Assembly (NCBI GenBank): GCA_026387835.1
Contig: JAPLKZ010000004.1
Coordinates: forward strand, 16,234 to 48,233
Direction of reading: 5' to 3'
DNA: 32,000 nucleotides
Origin: Candidatus Saganbacteria bacterium
GTDB taxonomy: Bacteria; Margulisbacteria; WOR-1; JAKLHX01
The translations under genes and the position numbers were made by a program. The notes under the pieces were generated by a model. That model was not told where the DNA came from and ran no database searches. It saw nothing but the letters and a program-made list of their open reading frames with translations. Shown here one piece after another: positions 1 through 9,165 of the stretch (position 1 is its first letter; every line of letters starts with the position of its first letter).

Positions 1-1
1 C

Positions 2-1054
2 CCAGGACCTTCACCGTATACTGAAATGAATATATTTGACCCCCAAATAGCTTCAGTACCCGTCGAAACTAAGATCGAACTGACAAAAGCGATAGAAAAA
101 GCGGCTTACAACCTTGACCCGAGAATAAAAAAGACGGAGAATACCGGCTACTGTGAATCCGAGAGCGAGGTGCATATAAGAAATACCAAGGGTATCGATT
201 GTTCATATACTTCTAACTATTGCGGCGGATTCGCGCAGGTAATCAGCTCGTCCGGAGAAGGTGAAGAAGAAGGATATTATTACAACTTTAAAAAGAAATG
301 GAAGGGCCTTGATCCTGTTCAGACAGGCGAAAAAGCGGCTGCCAAAGCAATGGCGCTTTTAGACGGCAGGACGATCAAGTCAGGGAAACTTCCTGTCGTC
401 CTCGATAATGAGACGGCAGCGGAGATGCTTGAGGTCATCTCAGGGATGATATCCGCAGATGCAACGCAGAAAGGAAAGTCCCTGTTCGCGGGAAAGACAG
501 GCAAACAGATAGCTTCAGCAACAGTTTCCATAACAGACGACGGGACATTAGCTGACAGGACCGGCACTTCTCCTTTTGATGATGAAGGAGTTCCAAAACG
601 GCGAAATATTATCGTCGAAGACGGTGTACTGAACAGCTTTTTGTATAACGTTTACACCGCATCAAAGGACAAAACAAAAAGCACAGGGAACGGAAAAAGG
701 GCCAGTTTCAAATATCCTCCTGTTATAGGCCCCAATAATATGTTTGTCGAGCCTGGCACGAGTTCACGGGAGAAGATAATATCAAAAATAACCAAAGGCA
801 TTCTTATAATGCGCTTAATGGCGCTTCACACGATAAACCCGGTGTCAGGCGATTTTTCCCTCGGTGCTGCGGGACTCATGATAGAGAACGGAAAAACGAC
901 TTATCCTGTAAGAGGAATAACTATTTCAGGCAATCTTATAGAACTCCTCCGCTCGGTGGAAGAAATAGGCAATGACCTCGAATTCTTCGCCCAGGCCGAC
1001 AACTGCGGCTCCCCTTCCCTGCTTATCGGCTCGCTCGATGTTTCGGGGAATTGA
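2..1054 (+). CDS. PmbA/TldD-family metalloprotease, C-terminal ~350 aa (5' end lies left of the window)
   Basis: The reading frame is open from nt 2, with no stop before the first ATG at 26, so the gene is cut by the window edge. Family-typical C-terminal motifs are visible: GNGKRASF, SGDFSLGAAGLMIENGK, RGITISGNLIELL. Confidence 0.8.
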   Translation, partial: PGPSPYTEMNIFDPQIASVPVETKIELTKAIEKAAYNLDPRIKKTENTGYCESESEVHIRNTKGIDCSYTSNYCGGFAQVISSSGEGEEEGYYYNFKKKWKGLDPVQTGEKAAAKAMALLDGRTIKSGKLPVVLDNETAAEMLEVISGMISADATQKGKSLFAGKTGKQIASATVSITDDGTLADRTGTSPFDDEGVPKRRNIIVEDGVLNSFLYNVYTASKDKTKSTGNGKRASFKYPPVIGPNNMFVEPGTSSREKIISKITKGILIMRLMALHTINPVSGDFSLGAAGLMIENGKTTYPVRGITISGNLIELLRSVEEIGNDLEFFAQADNCGSPSLLIGSLDVSGN

Positions 1055-1144
1055 TTGTAATCGCTAATCCCAGCCCCCTCAGCCCCCGAAAATCACATGA
1101 AATTTCCTGAAAATATGTTCGACATATAACCGGAGGAAAATAAC

Positions 1145-3898
1145 ATGGAAATATTAACACTATCAGGCACACGGACTATAGAAGATATCTACAGAAGGTT
1201 GAGAGAAATAGATTCTATAAAGGACGGAAAAGCAGACGGTATCATAACCCGGGAAGAGCTGGGTGAGGCCTCAAATAAAAATATCAACACAGTCATACAG
1301 TTCAACGAAGGCAAAACCTCATCGTATGACGCGATCCAAAAACTCTATCTGAAACTTCAAGCCATGGATAAAAAGGACGGCAGTCTGGACGGAAATATTG
1401 AGGAGCTAAAATCGCGCTCCGGGATCACATTGACTACAGAACAGATCGCTGATGTCAGCATACTTTTAGAGACCGACGATTTTGTTTCTGCTAAAAAAAG
1501 AAGATCCATAATCAGTGCAATTAAAAGAGGTTTTCAACATTTACAATATACGGAACCCTCCGCAAGAAAAGATAAAAAGGTGGTTTTGGCGGCAGTCGAA
1601 AAAGACGGGATGGCATTGCAGTATGCGGGTGAAAGCTTAAGAAAGGACAAGGATGTTGTATTGGCGGCGCTTGAGCAAAACAGTGAGGCAATGCAATATA
1701 TGGATAAAACGTTATGGAAGGATAAGGAAATCGTATTGGCAGCAGCCGGACAAAACGGATCGGCGCTAGAGCATGCGCATTCAGACTTAAAAATGGATAA
1801 AGAATTTGTACTTGCAATTGTCAATAAAAACGGAGGGGCGTTGCAATATGCGGACGAAAGTTTAAAAAAGGACAAAGAAATAGTCCTGGCTGCTGTTAAA
1901 CAAAGCGGGAAGATTTTGCAGTATGCTGATGAAGGTTTTAGAAAAAACAAAGAAATAGTGCTAGCTGCTGTTAAACAAAATGGAGAGGCATTGCAGTATG
2001 CAGACAGAAGTTTAAGAAGGGATAAAGAAGTTGTATTAGCAGCTGTTAAACAAAATGGGAATGCGTTGGTATATGCGGATTATTTAACGAAGGACAAAGA
2101 AGTTGTATTGGCAGCGGTTGAACAAAATGGAGATGCAGTTATATACGGGGATATTGTACTAAGGCGCGGCAAAGACTTTGAAAAAGTCATATCAGCGGTC
2201 ATCGAAAAAAATAAGGGTACTTCTGATTTTGCAAAAAAAAGAGAACTCGCATTAGATAAGGTTAAAGGATTTTGGCGAAATTTAGAGGAAATGGATGCCC
2301 CCTTCAAAAAGGACAAGGAAATAGTACTGGCAGCTGTTAAAGAATATTGGGGGGCATTGCAGTATGCTGATGAAACCTTAAGGAACGACAAAGAAGTTGT
2401 ATTAGCAGCTGTTAAACAAAATGGAGCGGCTTTGGAATATGCGGATAATACCTTAAAGAAGGATAAAAAAATAGTACTGATAGCTGTTGAACAAGACGGA
2501 AAATATTTGCAGCATGCGGATGAAAGCTTAAAGAAGGACAAAGAAGTTGTACTGGCAGCGGTTGAACAAAATGGATTTGCATTGCAGTACGCGGATAAAA
2601 GCTTAAGAAAGGACAAAGAAGTTGTACTGGCAGCGATCGATGAAATCGGATTGGCGATAGAATATGCGGATGAAACCTTAAAGAAGGATAAAGAAGTAGT
2701 CCTGGCAGCAGTTAAAGAATCTGGAGGTGTATTGCAGTATGCGGATGAAAGCTTAAAGAGGGATAAAGTATTTGTATTGACAGTTGTTAAAAAAGCCGGA
2801 AGTGAACTTCAGTATGCGGATGAAACCTTAAGAAAGGATAAAGAAGTTGTATTAGCGGCTGTTAAACAAAATGGAGGGGCTTTGCAATATGCAGATAGAA
2901 GTTTTAGAAAGGATAAAGAAGTTGTATTGGTTGCTGTTAAAACAAATAAATATGCATTACAGTATGCGGATGACAGCTTGAGATATGACAGAGAAGTGGT
3001 GTTGGCTACCGTGCCCTCATTAGACGATATTTACAATTCAAACACAGGCCAAAATGATTATTTATCATTATTTGTTTCAAATATTCTGCTTATGGGATTT
3101 TACGAAGAAAGCGATGCTTCTCTTAAAGCTTTAGCGCATTCAGGAAAAGGAATGCTGTCATCCTACAGGACGATCAATCAGCAGATAGAAAAAACCGGTC
3201 TTAAAGGGTTAAGCAATATTGATCCGGACTCGGCCAATAAATTAATTTCAATAATTGTTGAAATATATGGGTATCATGACCTTTGGGCGACGAGATCAAA
3301 ATACAGTGTCATGAGAGATATCAGGCTGATAGAAATGTCAAATATTTCGGTTATAGCAAAAATTCTTTCTCAGGAGGGGAAGATGGAGACCCCCAAAATA
3401 ACAACATATAAGTTTGATTGGAGTGGCAGACCATCTATACCTGTCAATCTCCCTTCAAATGTTTACTGGTACAAAAAAGACATCCCTGAATTGCGCTCCC
3501 TGCTTAACAGTAAATATGAAGTGTACAAGAAAGCAGCCGCAAAAGCTCTTGAAAAGATAGCTAAGGATGGCGTTGAAGATCAGGAGCTTGAAGCGGGAAA
3601 CAAACCCTCGCCTGAAAAAGCTCAAGCTCTTAGAAAGATGATGGAAGACAAAGATTGGACATTGAGATACAGAGCTCTTGAAGCGCTGCGCATCAGCGGT
3701 GCGGATGCAGCCGAACTTACACCGGAAATACTCAAGCTGTTTAATGACAAAGATTGGTATGTCCACAACAGCGCCGCACTGATCATCGAGAAAAACAAAG
3801 AAAAGCATATTGAATATTTGAAAGACAGTATCAAGACCGGATCAGAGTTTGCGCAAGAAAGGGCTAAAGATATACTTGGCCCAACAAATCCAAAATAA
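1145..3898 (+). CDS. Large repeat protein, paralog 1: EF-hand-like N-terminus, 17 DUF4116-type 25-aa repeats in two blocks, conserved middle domain, HEAT-like C-terminus
   Basis: 917-aa ORF with a GGAGG Shine-Dalgarno at 1131-1135. The N-terminal loop DGKADGIITREE fits EF-hand positions 1, 5, 6, 8 and 12. The repeat consensus is KDKEVVLAAVKQNGxALQYADxSLR. The C-terminus carries DKDWTLRYRALEALRISG and DKDWYVHNSAALII, which are HEAT/PBS-lyase-like. No signal peptide is evident. Confidence 0.85.
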   Translation: MEILTLSGTRTIEDIYRRLREIDSIKDGKADGIITREELGEASNKNINTVIQFNEGKTSSYDAIQKLYLKLQAMDKKDGSLDGNIEELKSRSGITLTTEQIADVSILLETDDFVSAKKRRSIISAIKRGFQHLQYTEPSARKDKKVVLAAVEKDGMALQYAGESLRKDKDVVLAALEQNSEAMQYMDKTLWKDKEIVLAAAGQNGSALEHAHSDLKMDKEFVLAIVNKNGGALQYADESLKKDKEIVLAAVKQSGKILQYADEGFRKNKEIVLAAVKQNGEALQYADRSLRRDKEVVLAAVKQNGNALVYADYLTKDKEVVLAAVEQNGDAVIYGDIVLRRGKDFEKVISAVIEKNKGTSDFAKKRELALDKVKGFWRNLEEMDAPFKKDKEIVLAAVKEYWGALQYADETLRNDKEVVLAAVKQNGAALEYADNTLKKDKKIVLIAVEQDGKYLQHADESLKKDKEVVLAAVEQNGFALQYADKSLRKDKEVVLAAIDEIGLAIEYADETLKKDKEVVLAAVKESGGVLQYADESLKRDKVFVLTVVKKAGSELQYADETLRKDKEVVLAAVKQNGGALQYADRSFRKDKEVVLVAVKTNKYALQYADDSLRYDREVVLATVPSLDDIYNSNTGQNDYLSLFVSNILLMGFYEESDASLKALAHSGKGMLSSYRTINQQIEKTGLKGLSNIDPDSANKLISIIVEIYGYHDLWATRSKYSVMRDIRLIEMSNISVIAKILSQEGKMETPKITTYKFDWSGRPSIPVNLPSNVYWYKKDIPELRSLLNSKYEVYKKAAAKALEKIAKDGVEDQELEAGNKPSPEKAQALRKMMEDKDWTLRYRALEALRISGADAAELTPEILKLFNDKDWYVHNSAALIIEKNKEKHIEYLKDSIKTGSEFAQERAKDILGPTNPK
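1568..2983 (+). repeat. In-frame 75-nt (25-aa) tandem coding repeats in paralog 1: block of 8 (1568-2164), 144-nt linker, block of 9 (2309-2983)
   Basis: I counted units in the translation. One unit is 24 aa. The block boundaries were checked against nucleotide coordinates. Confidence 0.9.
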
Positions 3899-3911
3899 AG
3901 GGGGCAGAGAC

Positions 3912-5924
3912 ATGAGCAAAATAACACTAACAGATTTGTGGAATATTGAAGATATATATTCAAGACTGAGGAAGATCGATGCAGTAAGGGACGGGAAGGC
4001 TGACGGGATAATAACCAGGGAAGAATTGGCCGAGTCTGCAAAGACCGGAATAGATACGACAGTAAAGTTCAACGAAGGCATAATTTCTTCTTATGATGTC
4101 ATACAAAAGCTGTACTTGAAACTTCAGACAATAGATAAAGAGGACGGCACTAATGACGGACTGCTTAACACATTAAGGGTCCGGCAGGGAGTAGCATTGA
4201 CACCTCAACAACAAGATAAAGTCAGCATAGAGTTGGATCTTGATGATTCGGATATCTCCGCAAAAAAAGAGCTTGCAATTGCCAAAGTCCGGGATAAATG
4301 GTATGCCCTGGAAGAAATGGACGCCTCCTTGAAGAAGGATAAAGAAGTTGTGCTTGCAGCGGTCAGGTCAGACGGAAAGGCATTAGGATATGCCGATGAT
4401 TCATTAAAAAAAGACAGGGGATTCGTATTGGAAGCTGTTAAAACAGACGGATGTGCGCTCAACTGTGCAGATGCATTATTTAAGAGAGACAAGGAAATAG
4501 TCTTGTCTGCCGTCAAAAGTTCCTGGACTGCATTAAAATATGCGGATGATTCGCTAAAAAAAGATAAATACTTCATGATAGAGGCTGTTAAACAAAACGG
4601 ATGTGCAATCGAATATGCGGATATAACACTTAAAAAAGACAAAGACGTGGTTTTGGCTGCCGTAAAACAGGAGGGATATGCGCTGCAGTTTGCGGATGAT
4701 TCTTTAAAGGGAGATAAAGATCTCATACTGCAGGCGGTCGGACAGTATAACAATGCTATCAAATATGCCGGCCCTTCATTGCTTAAGGATAAGGATTTTA
4801 TGATGGCAGCCGTAAAACAATATGGACTGGCACTTGAGCTGGCTGATGATCATTTAAAGAAGGATAAAGAAATTGTACTCGCGGCGGTTATGCAAAACGG
4901 ACATGCCCTGTCGTTTGCCGACGATGCCTTCAAAAAGGACAAAGTAGTGGTGCTGGCCGCTGTCAGACAGGACAGATTTGCGATCAAGCATTCCGACGTA
5001 TCACTCCAGAAAGACAGGGATGTGTTATTGGCTAATAAGCCGGGATTAAAGAATATTTTCAACCTGAATATGAATGAAGAAAAGTATATTGTATCGTTCG
5101 TATCAAATATGACGTTTTTGGAATATCAGGAGGAAACCGACGATTCACTTCAAAGATCAGCTCTTTCGGGAAATATACTGCTTTCATCATATCGTACGAT
5201 TACCGGGCAGATAGAAATAACAGGACTAAAAGGCCTTGGCAATATCGATCCGGAATCTGCTAAAGAATTAACCTCGATCATGGCTGAAATTGACGGCTCC
5301 CATGGCTTATGGGCCACACAGTCAAAACATGCTGTCAGGAGAGATGTAAGACTGACAGAGATGTTCAAAAATTCGGTCATATTAAGATTACTTGTCTCAG
5401 AAAGTAAAATGAAGATACCTGTAAAAACACAGTTTGATTTTGTCTGGAGCCACGCCGATTCAATACCAGTTAACCTCCCTTCAAATGTTTACTGGTACAA
5501 AAAGGACATCCCTGAACTGCGCGGATTGTTGAATAATAAATATGAAGTATATAAGAACGCAGCGGCAAAAGCCCTTGAAAAGATAGAAAAAGAAGGCACT
5601 GAAGATCAGGGGCTTGAAGCGGGAAAGAAACCTTCTCCTGAAAAGGCTCAGGCTCTTAGAAAGATGATGGAAGACAAGGATTGGACATTGAGATACAGGG
5701 CGCTTGAAGCATTGCGCATCAGCGGTGCGAACACGAGCGGATTTACGCCTGAAATATATAAGCTATTTAATGACAAAGAATGGTATGTACACAACAGCGC
5801 CGGTCTTATCATAGGGAAAGAAAAGGGAAAGCATATCGAATATTTAAAAGACAGCCTCAAGACCGGGTCAGTTTTTGCGCAAAACAGAGCTACAGATATA
5901 CTTAATCCCTCAAATCCAAAATAA
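3912..5924 (+). CDS. Large repeat protein, paralog 2 (9 DUF4116-type repeats), same architecture as paralog 1
   Basis: The ORF track starts at 3849 and overlaps the previous gene. I prefer the ATG at 3912 (MSKITLTDLW...). It aligns with the N-termini of paralogs 1 and 3 and follows AAGGGGG at 3897-3904. Confidence 0.85.
   Translation: MSKITLTDLWNIEDIYSRLRKIDAVRDGKADGIITREELAESAKTGIDTTVKFNEGIISSYDVIQKLYLKLQTIDKEDGTNDGLLNTLRVRQGVALTPQQQDKVSIELDLDDSDISAKKELAIAKVRDKWYALEEMDASLKKDKEVVLAAVRSDGKALGYADDSLKKDRGFVLEAVKTDGCALNCADALFKRDKEIVLSAVKSSWTALKYADDSLKKDKYFMIEAVKQNGCAIEYADITLKKDKDVVLAAVKQEGYALQFADDSLKGDKDLILQAVGQYNNAIKYAGPSLLKDKDFMMAAVKQYGLALELADDHLKKDKEIVLAAVMQNGHALSFADDAFKKDKVVVLAAVRQDRFAIKHSDVSLQKDRDVLLANKPGLKNIFNLNMNEEKYIVSFVSNMTFLEYQEETDDSLQRSALSGNILLSSYRTITGQIEITGLKGLGNIDPESAKELTSIMAEIDGSHGLWATQSKHAVRRDVRLTEMFKNSVILRLLVSESKMKIPVKTQFDFVWSHADSIPVNLPSNVYWYKKDIPELRGLLNNKYEVYKNAAAKALEKIEKEGTEDQGLEAGKKPSPEKAQALRKMMEDKDWTLRYRALEALRISGANTSGFTPEIYKLFNDKEWYVHNSAGLIIGKEKGKHIEYLKDSLKTGSVFAQNRATDILNPSNPK
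4335..5009 (+). repeat. In-frame 75-nt tandem coding repeats in paralog 2 (9 units)
   Basis: 9 x 25 aa beginning KDKEVVLAAVRSDG and ending ...HSDVSLQ. A partial tenth unit follows. Confidence 0.9.
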
Positions 5925-5935
5925 AGGATAAAGAC

Positions 5936-8095
5936 ATGGAAAAGATAACAATGGTCGGCGGGCTGGTCATCGATTACTTCTACCAAAGGTTGAGAGAAAT
6001 AGATTTTGTAAGGGATATGAAAATGGACGGCGTCATAACCCGTGAAGACCTGTCCGAGGCCGCAAAGAAAGGGATCCGCACATCCATACAGTTCAGCGAA
6101 GGGTCGACCTCGTCCTGCGACACGATACAAAAACTTTATCTGAAACTGCAGGCCCTGGACAAAGCGGACGGCAGACTGGACGGGGATATCAAAGCGCTCA
6201 GACCGAGCCGTGTATTGTTCATTCAGGGACGTCCGAAAATAACCTACATCCAGCTGGAAGTCGATGTCTTTATTTCCGATGAAAAAAAAGAGCTCATCCT
6301 GGCCAAAGTCAACGCCGATCCTGATACTTTAAAGGAAATGGATCCTTCTTTAAAAAAAGACAAGGATTTTATATTAGAAGCCGTTAAACGTTCCGCTGCC
6401 GCAATGAAGTATGCGGATGCGTCCTTTAGTAAGGACAAAGAATTTCTTTTGACGGCCTTTAAATACAATCGGGATGTACTGAAATATGCGGATGTTTCCG
6501 TAAAGAAGGACAAATCATTCATACTGGCAGCTGTCAAAGAAAGCCGGACGGCTTTGGAAATCGCGGACGAAGCCTTAAGGAAGGACAAGGAAGTGATGCT
6601 GGCTGCCGTTAAACAGGACGGACATGCGCTGGAGTACGCAGATGCGTCCTTAAAGAAAGACAAAGAAGTAGTAAGGGCTGCTGCTGGACAAAACGCATGG
6701 GCAGCATTCTATCATGCGGATAGCTCTCTTAAGAATGACAAGGGTTTCATATTGGAAGCAGCGGGATTTTTTGGCGGGGTTCTTGAGTTCGCGGACGAGG
6801 CTCTGAAGAAGGACAAGGAAGTGGTATTGGCATGCGTCAAAGAAAACGGGCAGGCATTGATGTTCGCGGATCACTCCTTAAAAAGGGATAAAGATGTAGT
6901 AATTACAGCTGTCAAACAATATGGAAAAGCACTGCAGTCTTCATATCAATTATTAAACAATGATAAAGAAGTGGTACTGGCTGCTGTTAAACAGGACGGT
7001 GAAGCACTGTGTTATGCGGATGACCTCCTGAGGAAGGATAAAGAAGTTGTATTAGCGGCTATCAGGCAGAACAGCGATGCGTTGAAATATGCGGACGACC
7101 TGATAAGGAAGGATAAAGAAGTAGTATTGACTGCCGTTAAACAAAACGCAGCAACATTGGAGTTCGCGGATGAATCCTTATGGAAAGACAAAGATGTGAT
7201 AACTGCCAGCATACCGGGATTACAGAGCATTTTTGATTCGAACATGAGCGAAAAGGATTATCTGTCGCTGTTAGTATCGAACATGCTTGTCATGAGAAAT
7301 AATGAGGAGACCGACGCTTCGCTCGGATATAAAGCTCTTTCGGGAAGCGTGTTATTGTCATCGTACAGGACAGTTATCCGGCAGATAGAAAAGACCGGGC
7401 TCAGGGGTTTAAGCAATATAGACCCGGACTCAGCAGTAAAACTGACATCGACCATGGCTGAAGTATTTTTACGGGGCGGTTATTGGGCTACACAATCAAA
7501 GAACGTGGTCATGAGAGATGTCAGGCTTACCGAAATGTCCAAGAATTCGGCCGTATTGAGACTGCTTGCCCATGAGGGGAAGCTGAATCTCCGTTCAGAA
7601 ACAAGTTTTATTTTTGCATGGAGCCATGCACCTTCTATCTCCGTCAATCTCCCTTCAAATGTCTACTGGTATAAAAAAGACATCCCTGAACTCCGCGGGC
7701 TGCTGAACAGCAAATATGAGGTTTATAAGAACGCAGCTGCAAAAGCTCTTGAAAAGCTCGATAAGGAAGGCGTTGAAGATCAGGGGCTTGAAGCGGGAAA
7801 GAAACCTTCTCCTGAAAAGCTTCAGGCTCTTAGAAAGATGATGGAAAGCGATGATTGGACATTGAGATACAGGGCGCTTGAAGCTTTGCGTATCAGCGGT
7901 GCGGACACTGGTGAGTTTACACAGGAAATACTTAAGCTTTTTAATGACAAAGAATGGTATGTACACAACAGCGCGGCGCTCATCATCGAGAAAGACGGAG
8001 AAAAGCACATGGATTATTTAAATAAAGTTAAAAAAAACGGGTCCGAGTACGCGTCTTTTAGGGCCTTACAAATAATTTGGCCCGACAATAAATAA
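5936..8095 (+). CDS. Large repeat protein, paralog 3 (11 DUF4116-type repeats), same architecture
   Basis: 719-aa ORF starting 11 nt after the paralog 2 stop. It has the same N-terminal (ITREDL, IQKLYLKLQALDKADG), middle (LSSYRTVIRQIEKTGLRGLSNIDPDS) and C-terminal (NLPSNVYWYKKDIPELR ... DDWTLRYRALEALRISG) blocks. Confidence 0.85.
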   Translation: MEKITMVGGLVIDYFYQRLREIDFVRDMKMDGVITREDLSEAAKKGIRTSIQFSEGSTSSCDTIQKLYLKLQALDKADGRLDGDIKALRPSRVLFIQGRPKITYIQLEVDVFISDEKKELILAKVNADPDTLKEMDPSLKKDKDFILEAVKRSAAAMKYADASFSKDKEFLLTAFKYNRDVLKYADVSVKKDKSFILAAVKESRTALEIADEALRKDKEVMLAAVKQDGHALEYADASLKKDKEVVRAAAGQNAWAAFYHADSSLKNDKGFILEAAGFFGGVLEFADEALKKDKEVVLACVKENGQALMFADHSLKRDKDVVITAVKQYGKALQSSYQLLNNDKEVVLAAVKQDGEALCYADDLLRKDKEVVLAAIRQNSDALKYADDLIRKDKEVVLTAVKQNAATLEFADESLWKDKDVITASIPGLQSIFDSNMSEKDYLSLLVSNMLVMRNNEETDASLGYKALSGSVLLSSYRTVIRQIEKTGLRGLSNIDPDSAVKLTSTMAEVFLRGGYWATQSKNVVMRDVRLTEMSKNSAVLRLLAHEGKLNLRSETSFIFAWSHAPSISVNLPSNVYWYKKDIPELRGLLNSKYEVYKNAAAKALEKLDKEGVEDQGLEAGKKPSPEKLQALRKMMESDDWTLRYRALEALRISGADTGEFTQEILKLFNDKEWYVHNSAALIIEKDGEKHMDYLNKVKKNGSEYASFRALQIIWPDNK
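6356..7183 (+). repeat. In-frame 75-nt tandem coding repeats in paralog 3 (11 units, one of 26 aa)
   Basis: Counted from the translation (KDKDFILEAV ... FADESLW). A partial unit follows. Confidence 0.9.
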
Positions 8096-8115
8096 TAAAG
8101 TCCGGAACCAATAGT

Positions 8116-9165
8116 TCACTCTCCCGTGAACATTCTGTTATACGCCCCCACCGAACTTTCCACCATCTCTTCATAAGGCGTTGGTTTTTCAAATATCCCA
8201 GGATTGACCACATCGAGTACCCTTATCGGGCCTTGCGCTCCCTTTGCAAAGTTCGCCCCGAAAAGAAGCTGCGTCGGCGGGGTGGATCGGCTCAGGTATC
8301 CTGTTACTTTCCCGAGGTCATTGAAGAGCATACCGAAAGCGTAATGCGCACATCGTTCGCATATCCTGTCAAGTATAGGGTCTTTCGGGATCAAGTTATC
8401 ATGCCTGAAATATCTTGAATGCTCCGGGTACCTGCAAAAATGGAACTGGCTTTCGGGGTCCGGCAATATCCCGCCGAACAGCATCGGTACAAGGCTTCTC
8501 ATGACCGAGGCATTGTACCAGGCTATCCCGTCGCGTGCCGTATGATCAAGGACGTGCAGGCCCGTATAATTTCTACTGACAATTGCCTCTGCTCCGAGCG
8601 CAAAGACCCGCACTTCGTTATTTCCCGTGTTTTCGACGGCAAATGCGAGGTCGGGATACCTTTCAGGCAGCGGGATCCTGTTGCTCACATGCACGAACGC
8701 GCTGCGGCCGACTATCACCGGCACCAGATGCCTGAGGTTTATTTTCTCACCGGGAGCGGACCCTTCCAGGACGAAACTTTTTGTCAGGTCTTGTTGTAGC
8801 AGTTCTTGTCCTTCCTTTGCTTTCCCCGTCTCGCAGCAGGAAACCGTGAACTCCCTGCCGAGGCATTCAATTGTCAGTCCCACGTCCGCCGGCACGGGCG
8901 TCCTGAACACCGCGAACTTCATCATATTCGGGAAGGACAGCTGCCGCGACTCGCTTCCGTGGCTCAGGAAAAATTCCGCGTCCACAAGCCTCTGCCTGTG
9001 CACGGTCTTCAGATAATCCATCACAAAACGCCCGTCATTTCGGCCGTGTAACGGTATTTGTGAAGGTATACTGAACATCATAATGCGCCTCAGGACAGTA
9101 TCGGCTGTTTTATCGGGGAATTTCAGGTAGTTCGCAATCCGTGCTGCAATATCAGCGGCTTTCAA
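8116..9165 (-). CDS. Hypothetical protein (349 aa), no motif recognised
   Basis: Long ORF in a visibly GC-richer segment, on the same strand as the next gene and directly downstream of it. The track start at 9165 is a TTG overlapping the upstream gene by 14 nt. The first in-frame ATG is at 9081, so the start is uncertain. Confidence 0.6.
   Translation of the reverse strand: MKAADIAARIANYLKFPDKTADTVLRRIMMFSIPSQIPLHGRNDGRFVMDYLKTVHRQRLVDAEFFLSHGSESRQLSFPNMMKFAVFRTPVPADVGLTIECLGREFTVSCCETGKAKEGQELLQQDLTKSFVLEGSAPGEKINLRHLVPVIVGRSAFVHVSNRIPLPERYPDLAFAVENTGNNEVRVFALGAEAIVSRNYTGLHVLDHTARDGIAWYNASVMRSLVPMLFGGILPDPESQFHFCRYPEHSRYFRHDNLIPKDPILDRICERCAHYAFGMLFNDLGKVTGYLSRSTPPTQLLFGANFAKGAQGPIRVLDVVNPGIFEKPTPYEEMVESSVGAYNRMFTGE

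Noticed and set aside
3849-3911. Track start of paralog 2 at 3849 (MRKKGLKIYLAQQ...).
   Set aside because: It would overlap the end of paralog 1 by 50 nt. It adds 21 residues with no counterpart in paralogs 1 and 3. The ATG at 3912 has an SD and aligns with the other N-termini.
1568-7183. 75-nt periodic DNA repeats that could superficially be mistaken for a CRISPR-like or satellite array.
   Set aside because: The units are contiguous and have no unique spacers. They are in frame within long ORFs and vary mainly at positions consistent with protein repeats. No leader or cas genes are present.
1521-7245. Many antisense ORFs of 70-185 aa inside the three repeat-protein genes, for example 1534..1950, 2080..2616, 4205..4762, 6244..6663 and 7012..7245.
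   Set aside because: They lie exactly opposite the 75-nt periodic coding repeats. Their products are low-complexity mirror images (SAYCNA...TAA.TTSLSF). The sense frames give coherent, paralog-conserved proteins with SD sites. These are artefacts of stop-poor antisense frames.
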